Part shown: positions 9,724 to 19,329 of the stretch, piece after piece
Layout of the letters: each line of letters opens with the position of its first letter
Position numbering within the stretch: the stretch's first letter is position 1
DNA from: Chloroflexota bacterium
GTDB taxonomy: Bacteria; Chloroflexota; UBA11872; VXOZ01
Assembly (NCBI GenBank): GCA_963663275.1
Contig: OY760183.1
Span: forward strand, 2,080,001 to 2,144,000
DNA length: 64,000 bases
Direction of reading: 5' to 3'
Program-made: the position numbers and the translations under genes
Notes under the pieces: generated by a model
What the model was told of the DNA's origin: nothing
Databases searched by the model: none
Seen by the model: the letters and a program-made list of their open reading frames with translations, nothing else

Positions 9724-10461
9724 CTAACCCAGTGAGTATATTCCCAGAATACCACTAACGTAGGCGAGGAAATTTGTCGCGACCGCGATGCCCATCAGGA
9801 TCAGGAAGACCCCACTCGCCCGTTCGACCGCCAGCATGTGCGACCGGAGCCACGCGAGCACCGCCGTGGCGCGGTCGATGGCCGCGGCCATTGCGAGGAA
9901 CGGAATGCCCATGCCGGCGGCGTAGATGGCCAGCAAGATGCCGCCGCGCAGGACGGTATCGGCGCCGGCGGCCTGCAGCAAGATGCCCGACAGGATCGGC
10001 CCCACGCAGGGCGTCCAGCCGGTGCCGAACACGAGACCGATCAGGAAAGAGGTGGGCGGGCCGGTCTTCTCGGTATCGATGCGTCCCAGCGGCGTACTGC
10101 GCAGCGAGACTTCCCGCTGCAATATCTGCTGCAGCCACGGGATGCGGAGGAACCCCAGAAAGCTCAGGCCAAAGACCACGAGCAACGCGCCGCCGACCAG
10201 CCGCATGGTGGGCAGGCCCTGCTGAAAGGCCAGACCCACAAAGGTGATGGCGACACCCAGCGCGACGAAGATGGTACCGAAACCGAGTATGAAGGCAAGG
10301 GCGTTGATGAAAACTGCGCGCCGGGCGGGCTTATCGTGGCGCACGGCATTGACGTGGCGTCCGCCAAGATACACGAGATAGGCCGGCACCAGCGGCAGGA
10401 AACAGGGCGAGAGAAAAGAAAGTATTCCCGCGCCGAACGCTATGCCAACGTCGATGATCAT
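9724..10461 (-). CDS. ccdA: Cytochrome c biogenesis / disulfide-transfer membrane protein CcdA
   Basis: AGILSFLSPCFLPLVPAY and GWTPCVGPIL catalytic Cys motifs; multiple TM helices. Confidence 0.92.
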   Translation of the reverse strand: MIIDVGIAFGAGILSFLSPCFLPLVPAYLVYLGGRHVNAVRHDKPARRAVFINALAFILGFGTIFVALGVAITFVGLAFQQGLPTMRLVGGALLVVFGLSFLGFLRIPWLQQILQREVSLRSTPLGRIDTEKTGPPTSFLIGLVFGTGWTPCVGPILSGILLQAAGADTVLRGGILLAIYAAGMGIPFLAMAAAIDRATAVLAWLRSHMLAVERASGVFLILMGIAVATNFLAYVSGILGIYSLG

Positions 10462-10634
10462 GTCCTCTGTCCGCTCCTCTCTGCACGCCGTCTGTCACGT
10501 CTGATTTCATTATACCGCTAAAGGGAGAGTCATTCAGCAGGCGCGCGCCAATACGGACAGGCTGCGCTTGCCGCGGGGGCCTGGGACTGGGAAGGCGTTG
10601 AAATGAGGCGTCGCGATGGACCCTCGGTGTGCGC

Positions 10635-11585
10635 TCAAGTGAGCAGGTAGAGGCCGCTCACCGAGGATTCCTGGTGCACGCGGTCGATGGCTTCGGCAAA
10701 GAGTTGCGCCACGGAGAGAATTGTCATATTGGCGGTGCGCTTGTCGGGCGGGATGTGCACGGTATCGGTGAGAATGACCTCTTGGATGAAGTCCTGGTGC
10801 AAGCGTTCCGGGGCGGGGCCGGCAAGCAGGCCGTGCACGGCCGCCAAGCGCAACCGGGGTTGCGCGCCGGCGTTGATGACGGCGTGGGCGGTTTCCACGA
10901 TGGTGCCGCCGGTGGATATGATGTCGTCGATGATGATGGGGTACTTGCCCGCCAGGTCGCCGATCATGCCGACAATGCGCGACGTGGTGGCGGATTCGCG
11001 GGCTTTGTGAATCAGGGCCAGAGGCACGCCCAGGCGCTCCGCGTACTTCTCCGCCAGCTTGGCGCGGCCCACGTCCGGCGCGACGATAACGGAATCCGTG
11101 AGGTCTTGCTGCTTCAAGTAGTCGATGATTAGGGGCACCGCCGAGAGTGTCTCGAAGGGGATGTTGAAGAAGCCCTGCATGGCCGGCGCGTGGATGTCGG
11201 TCACGACGATGCGGTCAACCCCCGCGGCCTGGAGCATGTCCGCCACGACCTTGGCGCTGATTGGCTCCCGTCCGTGCGCCATCCGTTCCTGGCGGGAGTA
11301 GCCGTAGTAGGGTATGACGGCGGTGATGCGCTTGGCCGAGGCCCGCCGCAGGGCGTCTATCATGAGGAGCAGTTGCATCAGGTTGTCGTTGACGGGCGCG
11401 GAGGTGGGCTGCACGACGTACACGTCGCAGCCGCGCACGCTCTCGTTCACTCTCACCAGCGTCTCGGAATCCGGCGCCTCTTCAATGCTGACGTCGCACA
11501 GACCGGTGCCCAGCAGGTCGGCGATCCGGGTAGCCAACGGCACGCTGGCCAGGCCCGAGAGAATCTTGATGTCCCCGTTTACCAT
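10635..11585 (-). CDS. prs: Ribose-phosphate pyrophosphokinase
   Basis: VIPYYGYSRQ, DIHAPAMQGFF, VAPDVG, IIIDDIISTGGT. Confidence 0.95.
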   Translation of the reverse strand: MVNGDIKILSGLASVPLATRIADLLGTGLCDVSIEEAPDSETLVRVNESVRGCDVYVVQPTSAPVNDNLMQLLLMIDALRRASAKRITAVIPYYGYSRQERMAHGREPISAKVVADMLQAAGVDRIVVTDIHAPAMQGFFNIPFETLSAVPLIIDYLKQQDLTDSVIVAPDVGRAKLAEKYAERLGVPLALIHKARESATTSRIVGMIGDLAGKYPIIIDDIISTGGTIVETAHAVINAGAQPRLRLAAVHGLLAGPAPERLHQDFIQEVILTDTVHIPPDKRTANMTILSVAQLFAEAIDRVHQESSVSGLYLLT

Positions 11586-11679
11586 TGCGGCCGCACCTCT
11601 TGATTCCGCGTTTCTACAAAGGCACACGTCGTCTTTGGGCCGATTGCCCGTCGCGCTCGTACCGCGGCCCGGCGTACCT

Positions 11680-12789
11680 TTAGCGCGCGGTCTCCTGGTC
11701 GCTGACTTCCGCGTGGCGTTCTTGCGCCAGCCGGATGAGTTCGTCCAGCAGCGCCGAATACGGCAGCCCGGAGGCTTCCCAGAGTTTGGGATACATGCTG
11801 ATCGGCGTAAAGCCGGGTATGGTGTTCACCTCGTTTACGTAGGCGGCGCCGGTCTCGCCGTCGATCAGGAAGTCCACCCGCGCCATGCCGCAGCACTCCA
11901 GGGCCTGGAACGCGCTGAGCGCCAGCCCCTGCAACTCCTGTGTCAGTTCGTCCGGAATGGGCGCCGGCACGTGCAGCGCCGAATCGGCCTCGTACTTGGC
12001 GGCGTAATCGTAAAACTCATGGGCCGCCACGATCTCCCCCGGCACGGAAACAAGCGGCGCGTCGTTGCCGAGGACCGAGAGTTCGATTTCCCGGGCGTGG
12101 GGCACGGCGGCTTCGACGATCAGCCTGCGGTCGTAGCGGGTGGCCGTCTCGAACGCCGGAGCCAACTCAGCGCGATCGTGGACTTTCGATATGCCAATGC
12201 TGGAACCGAGTGTGGCCGGTTTGACGAAGAGCGGGTAGGAAATGTGCGCTTCGACCTCCGCGATGCACTTGTCCGGCAGGGCCTGCCAGGCGCGCCGCCG
12301 CACTTCCAGGTGCTCGACGATCGGCAGGCCGGCGTAGTGGAAGAGCCGCTTCTGCACCAGCTTGTCCATGCCCAGCGCCGAACTGAGCACGTCGCAGCCG
12401 ACGTAGGGCATGCCGGCGAGTTGCAGCAGGCCCTGGATGCTGCCGTCTTCGCCGTTGGGTCCGTGAAGGATGGGTAGAACAACGTCGAGCGCGGCGATTG
12501 GCGCAGAATCTGGCGCGGCCTCAGACGTTTCGCGGTGGGCCAGGGCAGCCGGAGGGCTGAGAGCGATGTGCACGGAAGAAGCGTCGCTCGCCTGGGACTC
12601 CTGGTCCTCCAGCGCGCGCTGCGGGTCAGCGTCCAACAGCCAGCGGCCGTCGCGGGTGATGCCGATGGGAATTACCTCGTATTTGTCCGCGTCGAGCGCC
12701 GCCAACACGGAGCGGGCGGATACGACCGATACGTCATGTTCGGCTGAACGTCCGCCAAAGAGCAAGCCGACCTGGAGCTTTTCGCCCAT
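11680..12789 (-). CDS. ddl: D-alanine--D-alanine ligase
   Basis: LLFGGRSAEHDVS, LHGPNGEDGSIQG, GSSIGI, FYDYAAKY, NEVNTIPGFT. Confidence 0.95.
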   Translation of the reverse strand: MGEKLQVGLLFGGRSAEHDVSVVSARSVLAALDADKYEVIPIGITRDGRWLLDADPQRALEDQESQASDASSVHIALSPPAALAHRETSEAAPDSAPIAALDVVLPILHGPNGEDGSIQGLLQLAGMPYVGCDVLSSALGMDKLVQKRLFHYAGLPIVEHLEVRRRAWQALPDKCIAEVEAHISYPLFVKPATLGSSIGISKVHDRAELAPAFETATRYDRRLIVEAAVPHAREIELSVLGNDAPLVSVPGEIVAAHEFYDYAAKYEADSALHVPAPIPDELTQELQGLALSAFQALECCGMARVDFLIDGETGAAYVNEVNTIPGFTPISMYPKLWEASGLPYSALLDELIRLAQERHAEVSDQETAR

Positions 12790-12907
12790 AATCGATGAGA
12801 CGCTCGGTACCCGTATGCTATGCTGACGTGAGGTGGCATCATTATAGCAGGTTGGCGGAGACTCTCCTAGAGCCTGCGGCACCCTGGTTCGAAGGCTTCG
12901 CAGCAAC

Positions 12908-13264
12908 GTAGCGCGGGGGCTTGTCCCCAATGCTGTCGCATTAAGGGTGAAGAGTCACGAGTGTGAGCCTCTAGGCGGCTTGTCACGCGGTGTAGGGGCA
13001 CGACATGTCGTGCCCCTACACCGCGTTGACGAGAGATGAAGCGCATTAGCAGCGCGGGTACTGCGTGGTTGCCTAAGTCAGAAGCTAATGCGACAGCATT
13101 GGGGCTTGTCCCCCGCCTCTTGGCGAGAAATGCTATGGTTTCCCTTAGCGTCGCACAAACGTAGCGCGGGGGCTTGTCCCCCGCCTCTTGGCGAGAAACG
13201 CTATGGTTTCCCGCAGCGTCGCACTAACGTAGCGCGGGGGCTAGTCCCCCGCCTCTTGGCGAGC
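12908..13264. repeat. Three tandem 68-bp units each beginning with the REP GTAGCGCGGGGGCTTGTCCCCCGC; the first is interrupted by MITE-D
   Basis: Units start at 12908, 13161 and 13229; the period is 68 bp once the 174-bp MITE and its 11-bp TSD are removed. Confidence 0.88.
12928..13101. mobile_element. MITE-D, 174 bp, IS4-like ends
   Basis: Perfect 16-bp IR caatgctgtcgcatta / taatgcgacagcattg; 11-bp TSD gggcttgtccc (12917-12927, 13102-13112); internal 42-bp perfect palindrome at 12985-13026. Confidence 0.9.
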
Positions 13265-13431
13265 AGTAACGGCCCTGCCGGGTTGACCGCTCAATTTCCG
13301 CCTCACGCCGCGTCGAATGGGCCGCTCCATGCGCCTGGCGCGTGCCATGCCGCGCTCAGTCGCAAACGCCGCCTCTCGTTGCGATGAGCCTTCTCCCGCG
13401 CACACTTCTCGAGGAGCGAATTCCGTTGTTC

Positions 13432-14829
13432 ATGCTTGCCGACCTCTACCGCGCGCTGCGGCGCGCGCCGCCGCACCCGGCGGCGGACATCGTTTGCGCG
13501 GGACTGTGCCATGATTCACGCATTCTGCGGCCGGGCGAGGTCTTTTTGGCGCTGCGCACCGGCCAGCGGGACGGCCATGCATTCATCCCGGACGCCGCGG
13601 CCAAGGGCGCCGCCGCGATCGTCTGCCAACGTCCGCGTGACGACGTGGGCATCCCACAGATTCGCGTGCGCAATCCGAATGACGCGGCCTGGAAACTCGC
13701 CGCCTACCTGGTGCGGCAGCGCCCGGAACTGCGCATTGTGGCCGTGACGGGCAGTTACGGCAAGACGACGACGAAAGAGGCGATCGCGGCGGCGCTGGCC
13801 GAACGCTTCGCGGTCTGCAAGACGCTGGGCACCGAGAACAACGAACTCGGCATTCCCCGCACGGTGGCGCGCTGTCAGCCGGATGACGACGTGCTCGTGC
13901 TGGAAATGGGGGCGCAATGGCGCGGCGAGATTGCCGCCTACTGCCGCCGGATTCGACCGCACGTGGGCGTGGTAACGGCGGTTGGGCCGGTGCACCTTGA
14001 GTTATTTGGGTCGCTGGACAAGGTGCGGCAGGCCAAGGGGGAACTGGTCCAGGCGCTGCCGGCGCGCGGCGCGGCGGTGCTCAACGGCGATGACTCGCGG
14101 GTCAGGGGCATGGCCGCCCGCACCCGCGCTGGCGTTATCTACTACGGTACCGGCGGCGAGACGGACGTAACGGCCCGCAACGCGACTCTGCTGCCGGACG
14201 GCTGGACGCGGTTCGACGTGAGCGTTGGGGCGGAGCAGGGGCAATTGCGGACGCGCATTCTGGGCAAGGCCGGAGTCTACGCCGCGCTGGCGGCAACGGC
14301 CGTGGGCCGCGTGTTTGGCCTGGGGCTGGCAGAGATTGAGGCGGGACTGGCTAGCGTCCGTCCCGCGCCGGGCCGCCTGCACGTGCGGGCCGGGCGCAGC
14401 GGTACGATTCTGCTTGACGACGCCTACAACGCCAATCGCGTTTCCGGCATTCTGGCGTTGGAGTCGCTGTCCCAGTTGGGCGCGGGGAGCACGCGGTTCG
14501 CGGTGCTGGGCGACATGCTGGAACTGGGAGAGTACGCGGCGGAAGAGCATCGTCTCTTGGGAGAGGCCGCGGCGCGCTGCGTCGACCGCCTAGTGACCAT
14601 CGGCAGCGAAAGCGCCGGCATCGCGGCGGGCGCGCGGGCAGCGGGCATGGACCCGGCGCAAATCACCGAAATCCCGGCGGACTATGTGGACGCCGCCGCG
14701 TTGGACGCGGCCTTGGACGCCGCCGAGAGCTTCTTGGCGGCGGAAGCGCAGCCGCGAGACGCGATTCTGATTAAAGGCTCGCACGGCATGGGCCTCTTCA
14801 AGCTGGCGGAGCGCTGGGCGGCTTCTTGA
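13432..14829 (+). CDS. murF: UDP-N-acetylmuramoyl-tripeptide--D-Ala-D-Ala ligase (start uncertain: 13384 or 13432)
   Basis: HDSR...DGHAF, AVTGSYGKTTTKE, VLEMG, DDAYNAN, VLGDMLELG, LIKGS. Confidence 0.92.
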   Translation: MLADLYRALRRAPPHPAADIVCAGLCHDSRILRPGEVFLALRTGQRDGHAFIPDAAAKGAAAIVCQRPRDDVGIPQIRVRNPNDAAWKLAAYLVRQRPELRIVAVTGSYGKTTTKEAIAAALAERFAVCKTLGTENNELGIPRTVARCQPDDDVLVLEMGAQWRGEIAAYCRRIRPHVGVVTAVGPVHLELFGSLDKVRQAKGELVQALPARGAAVLNGDDSRVRGMAARTRAGVIYYGTGGETDVTARNATLLPDGWTRFDVSVGAEQGQLRTRILGKAGVYAALAATAVGRVFGLGLAEIEAGLASVRPAPGRLHVRAGRSGTILLDDAYNANRVSGILALESLSQLGAGSTRFAVLGDMLELGEYAAEEHRLLGEAAARCVDRLVTIGSESAGIAAGARAAGMDPAQITEIPADYVDAAALDAALDAAESFLAAEAQPRDAILIKGSHGMGLFKLAERWAAS

Positions 14830-15059
14830 GACGTTTCCCAGCGGCGTTCCGGCTTGAGGCGGCATGGCTGCGCGGCGGAATTGGCTGCCAGCACAGCCGC
14901 TTCGACTCTATTTCACCGCGCCGGCGCGTTGCGCTCTTGCGTCTTGGTTGAACTCTTCTTAGTTGAGGACACGCTCTCGGGCGCGTATTACGTTGGCCTC
15001 AAGGTTGCCTTCTTCAACTAAGACCCTGCCCGCACTAAATTGGCTTGGAGAACGAGACT

Positions 15060-16079
15060 ATGCTGGCGCTGCTTCTAGCGATCATGTGGTTCGGGATTGT
15101 CATCGACGAGGAGCCGACGGCGGGGCAATGCGCCCAACTGGACGCGGCGCGGCAGGAATTGAAAGAGGCGGGTTGGCACGGCGTTGACGCCTTCTATGCG
15201 GCCAACTGCGAGCCGGCGCCGACCAGGCCCAGGCGGACCTACATTGCCGGCGTGTGGCTCACGATAGCCCCGGAATCCGACGGCGGCGTGACCTATGGCC
15301 GTTGGATGTACGAGCAGGGCGGCTGGGACGACCATGACGGCGACGGCTGCGATACCCGTGAGGAAGTGCTGGCGGCCGAGGCGCGGACGTTTGCCGATGA
15401 CGACGAAGCGTGCGTGCCCGGCGGCGTGTGGTGGTCGTGGTACGATGAGAGGACGATCACGACGGTGACGGGCGTGGACATCGACCACGTGGTGCCGCTC
15501 GCCGAGGCGCATGAATCCGGCGGCTGGCGGTGGCCGTACGCGCGGCGCTTTGCCTACGCCAACGACCTGACTCTACCGCAAACCCTCACGGCGGTCTCGT
15601 CCGCGAGCAACCGGGCGAAGGGCGCGCGCGATCCGGCGGAGTGGCAGCCGCCGGCGGAATCCGCCTGGTGCCAGTACGCGCAGGACTGGATTGCGGTCAA
15701 GGTGTATTGGGGGCTGAGCGCGGACGCCGCGGAGGTCAGCGCGCTGCGGAAAATGCTGACGGAGTGCGACGAGCGGCCAAGGATCGTGTTCCCCACTCCC
15801 ACTCCTACTCCTACGCCGACGCCCACACCCTCACCGACGCCGGTTCCCACGCCCATTCCGACACCGACGCCGATACCAACGCCCACGCCAGCGCCGACGC
15901 CGACTCCAACCCCCGCGCCTTCCCTTACGCCAACGCCTACGTACGAGAATTGCGCCGCGGCGGAAGAGGCCGGCGAGGAGCGCGTGCCGGGGAGCGTGGG
16001 CGACGGATGGGGTTACCCCAAGGCTATGGTGCCCAGCGCGCGGGACGGTGACGGCGACGGCATCGTGTGCGAGCAATAG
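15060..16079 (+). CDS. Secreted/anchored HNH (DUF1524-like) nuclease with PT-rich linker and C-terminal Excalibur Ca-binding domain
   Basis: Hydrophobic N-terminus; [29 protein letters not shown]-like [22 protein letters not shown]; (PT)n linker; YENC...[10 protein letters not shown]. Confidence 0.85.
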   Translation: MLALLLAIMWFGIVIDEEPTAGQCAQLDAARQELKEAGWHGVDAFYAANCEPAPTRPRRTYIAGVWLTIAPESDGGVTYGRWMYEQGGWDDHDGDGCDTREEVLAAEARTFADDDEACVPGGVWWSWYDERTITTVTGVDIDHVVPLAEAHESGGWRWPYARRFAYANDLTLPQTLTAVSSASNRAKGARDPAEWQPPAESAWCQYAQDWIAVKVYWGLSADAAEVSALRKMLTECDERPRIVFPTPTPTPTPTPTPSPTPVPTPIPTPTPIPTPTPAPTPTPTPAPSLTPTPTYENCAAAEEAGEERVPGSVGDGWGYPKAMVPSARDGDGDGIVCEQ

Positions 16080-16239
16080 AGACCCGCCGCCCGCCTGCGC
16101 ATGAGCGTGGATCCTCGTGCACGCGCCTCGCCGTGCGTCACTGCGCGCCAGCAAGCGACTATACTAGGCGCAAGAGCGTTTTCCGTGACGCCCGCTTCTT
16201 GGGCGCCGGCTACTTTGTATAGGCGGATTCTTCCAGCCC

Positions 16240-17298
16240 ATGCCCATGACCACGTACGCTTCCACGTTCATCCCCGGCATGGGGGAGGTAGTCGCCGCCG
16301 CGCTGGAGCAGGCGCTGGAGCGCGTGGAGATTGACCTGCTGCTCGACGGCCTTGCGGTCTACCGCGCGGAGGCCCGGGCCGCGGACGTGCGGGCGCTGCG
16401 CTTCTGCAACAATAGCTTCGTCTGTCTCATGTCGTTTGACGGGCTGGGGCGCAATCCCATCGGGCAGATGAGCGAGACGGTATTGGCGGACGGACGGCTC
16501 TTGCAGCGCCTGGCGCCCTATCTGCCGCGCAAGAGCCTCTCGTACCGCTTCGTGGCCTCCCACGGCAACCAGTTCGTCTCGCTGCCGCAACGCACACGGA
16601 CGGCGCTTGAACGGACGCTTGCGCCCGACCGGCGGCTTAGGCCGGATCACAGCAATCCCGACGTGGAGATCTGGCTGTTTTCCCGGCGGGAGGGAGTTGG
16701 CTTCGTGGGTTTGCGCCTCACCCGGCACACGGCCTACGAAAAGACCTTGGCGCAAGGCGAGTTGCGCCCGGAACTCTGCCACCTGCTCTGCCTGATGTCG
16801 GAACCGGCGGAGTCGGACGTGGCGCTCGATCCGTTTTGCGGTTCGGGGGCGATTCCACTGGAACGCGCGCGGGCATTTCCCTACCGCGCGCTGCTCGCCG
16901 GCGACATCGACGCCAAGCACGTGAAAGGCCTGCGAGCCAAAGTGCGGAAACTCCGCTGGCTGCAGCGCGGGCAGCGGCGGAAGTTCGTCATCGGCCGGTG
17001 GGACGCCTTGAACTTGCGCACGTTCGACCCGGGCTCCGTGGACAAGATCATCACCGACCCGCCCTGGGGCTTCTACGGCGGTCAACCCGCCGACCCGGAA
17101 CGGTTCCAGCGAGAAATGCTGCGCGAGTTCCACCGGATCCTGCGACCGCGCGGCCTTGTGGCGCTGCTGGTGGGCAGACCGCAACTCCTCGAGCGGGTTC
17201 TGCGTGACTTCGAGGGAGAGTTGACGGTCTTGAAACGCTATGACGTCCTGGTCTCGGGCAAGAAGGCGAGCGCGTTCAAGATAGAGAAGACCGCATAG
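16240..17298 (+). CDS. SAM-dependent RNA methyltransferase (THUMP/TRM11/UPF0020-like)
   Basis: LDPFCGSGAIPLE motif I; IITDPPWG motif IV. Confidence 0.75.
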   Translation: MPMTTYASTFIPGMGEVVAAALEQALERVEIDLLLDGLAVYRAEARAADVRALRFCNNSFVCLMSFDGLGRNPIGQMSETVLADGRLLQRLAPYLPRKSLSYRFVASHGNQFVSLPQRTRTALERTLAPDRRLRPDHSNPDVEIWLFSRREGVGFVGLRLTRHTAYEKTLAQGELRPELCHLLCLMSEPAESDVALDPFCGSGAIPLERARAFPYRALLAGDIDAKHVKGLRAKVRKLRWLQRGQRRKFVIGRWDALNLRTFDPGSVDKIITDPPWGFYGGQPADPERFQREMLREFHRILRPRGLVALLVGRPQLLERVLRDFEGELTVLKRYDVLVSGKKASAFKIEKTA

Positions 17299-17439
17299 GC
17301 GCGCGGGCGTTGCCGGAGTGCGGTCGCTCACACCGCCGTCCGGCATTGTGATACGCTGCGCGCAAGGGCGGCGCGGCCCGGCGAGCGTGGCGGGAGCGCC
17401 GGCTCATGGGAGTGTAGAACGGACGGCGCAGGCGCGTAG

Positions 17440-19329
17440 ATGTACACAATTGGCACAGCGGGACACGTAGACCACGGTAAGTCAACGCTGATTCAGGCGC
17501 TCACCGGCATCGACCCGGACCGGCTGCGCGAAGAAAAAGAGCGCGGGCTGACGATCGACCTGGGTTTTGCGTGGCTCACCTTGCCCAGCGGCAAGGAAAT
17601 CTCGATAGTGGACGTGCCCGGCCACGAGCGCTTTATCAAGAACATGCTGGCGGGCGTGGGCGGCATCGACGCGGCCTTGTTGGTCATTGCCGCCGATGAA
17701 GGCGTGATGCCGCAGACCCGCGAGCACCTGGACATTCTCGACCTGTTGCGCGTTCCTGCCGGGATCATCGTCTTGACGCGCTGCGACCTGGTGGAGGATG
17801 AAGAGTGGCTGCGCCTCGTGGAGGAAGAGGCGCGCGAGACGGTGGCGGAGACCGGGCTGGCCGAAAGTCCGGTCGTGCGCGTCTCCGCGGTCACGGGCGG
17901 CGGCCTGGACGACCTCCGCGCAACTCTCGACGGTCTGCTTGCCAAGACGGCGGCGAAGCGAGACGTCGGCCGTCCGCGCCTACCTATCGACCGGGCGTTT
18001 TCGCTCACCGGCTTCGGCACGGTTGCCACCGGCACCTTGCTGGACGGCCAACTGCGCGTCGGCGATGAGGTACAGGTTGTCCCCGGCAACGTGGGCGGCC
18101 GCATTCGCGGCTTGCAGAGTCACAAGCACGCGGTGGAGTCCGCCCTGCCCGGCAACCGCGTTGCCGTGAACGTCGGCGGCATCGATACGGACGACATCTA
18201 TCGCGGGCAGGCGCTCTCGCTGCCGGGCATGCTTACGGCGACGCGCTTTGCCGACGTGCGCGTCCGGCTGCTGCCCGCCGCGCCGCGGCCCCTGGCGCAT
18301 GGGACGGTGGTCTCCTTCCACAGCGGGACCATGGAGACGCTGGCGCGCGCGCGCTTGCTCGACCGCGAGGCGATCCCACCCGGCGCGGACGGCCTGGCGC
18401 AACTGCTGCTCGTGAAGCCTGCGCCGCTCCTTAAGGGCGACCTCTTCATCATTCGCCAGCTTAGTCCGGCGTGCACGCTGGGCGGCGGTGAAATCCTTGA
18501 TTCATACCCGCCGCGCCACAAACGCTTCGCGCAAGACGTCATATCGGCGCTGGACACACTGGAAAAGGGCTCGCCCGACGACGTTGTGCTTCAAGCAATC
18601 CGCCAACGGGAGCCGTGCGCGCGCCAAGAGATCGGCGGCGTGCTGCCTCTCACCCCGGCGGAAGTGGACGAGATACTGGCGCGGCTGCTGGGCGCGGAGC
18701 AGGCCATCGACCTGGGACGCTCGCTCTACTCCGCCGCCGGCTGGGCCGAGCTTACCCGGCGCGTGACCGCTCTGCTTCAAGGGTTCCACGAGCGGTATCC
18801 GCTCCGCAACGGCCAGGGCAAGGAGGAAGTGCGGCGCAGTCTCGGCCTTTCCAGCCGCGTGTTCAGCGAGGTCATGCAGCGCCTCAGCGCCGATGAGGTG
18901 ATTGCTGAAGAGCAGGGCGCGTTGCGGCTCTTCGACTTCCAGGTCGCGTTGAACGCGCTGCAAGAAGAGGCGGCGGCCGCGTTGCTCGAGGCGCTGGAGC
19001 GAGAGCCGATGGCGCCGCCGAGCCTGAGTGATTTGCGCAAGCATCTGGATGAAGGCGAGATTAATGGTGAAGTGGACGACTTCCTGAACGTGCTGGCGGC
19101 GCAAGGCCGGATCGTGCAGGTCGGGGACGACCTCATCTATTCGCGCAGGGCCTACGCGCAGGCGGTGGCGCTGGTGCGCGAACTCCTGGCCGGGGAAGAG
19201 CGGGTTACGGTGGCCCAGGTGCGCGACGCCTTTGGCACCAGCCGCAAGTACGTGCTGCCGTTGCTGGAGCGGATGGACAAGGATAACGTGACCCGGCGGA
19301 TTGGCGATGAACGCACGCTTGCCGAGTGA
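17440..19329 (+). CDS. selB: Selenocysteine-specific elongation factor
   Basis: IGTAGHVDHGKS, EKERGLTIDLGFA, DVPGHERFIKNMLAG; C-terminal winged-helix TSRKYVLPLLERMD...TRRIGDER. Confidence 0.96.
   Translation: MYTIGTAGHVDHGKSTLIQALTGIDPDRLREEKERGLTIDLGFAWLTLPSGKEISIVDVPGHERFIKNMLAGVGGIDAALLVIAADEGVMPQTREHLDILDLLRVPAGIIVLTRCDLVEDEEWLRLVEEEARETVAETGLAESPVVRVSAVTGGGLDDLRATLDGLLAKTAAKRDVGRPRLPIDRAFSLTGFGTVATGTLLDGQLRVGDEVQVVPGNVGGRIRGLQSHKHAVESALPGNRVAVNVGGIDTDDIYRGQALSLPGMLTATRFADVRVRLLPAAPRPLAHGTVVSFHSGTMETLARARLLDREAIPPGADGLAQLLLVKPAPLLKGDLFIIRQLSPACTLGGGEILDSYPPRHKRFAQDVISALDTLEKGSPDDVVLQAIRQREPCARQEIGGVLPLTPAEVDEILARLLGAEQAIDLGRSLYSAAGWAELTRRVTALLQGFHERYPLRNGQGKEEVRRSLGLSSRVFSEVMQRLSADEVIAEEQGALRLFDFQVALNALQEEAAAALLEALEREPMAPPSLSDLRKHLDEGEINGEVDDFLNVLAAQGRIVQVGDDLIYSRRAYAQAVALVRELLAGEERVTVAQVRDAFGTSRKYVLPLLERMDKDNVTRRIGDERTLAE

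Noticed and set aside
12908-13264. Possible CRISPR array (palindromic repeats at regular spacing)
   Set aside because: The 'spacers' are near-identical to each other, the repeat occurs dispersed and in both orientations, and no cas genes are present. It is a REP tandem.
15793-15940. ccNacN hexamer repeats
   Set aside because: They simply encode the Pro-Thr linker with synonymous variation.
17299-17439. tRNA-Sec or SECIS-like leader upstream of selB
   Set aside because: Only a generic GC hairpin; no cloverleaf, UCA anticodon arm or T-loop recognisable.
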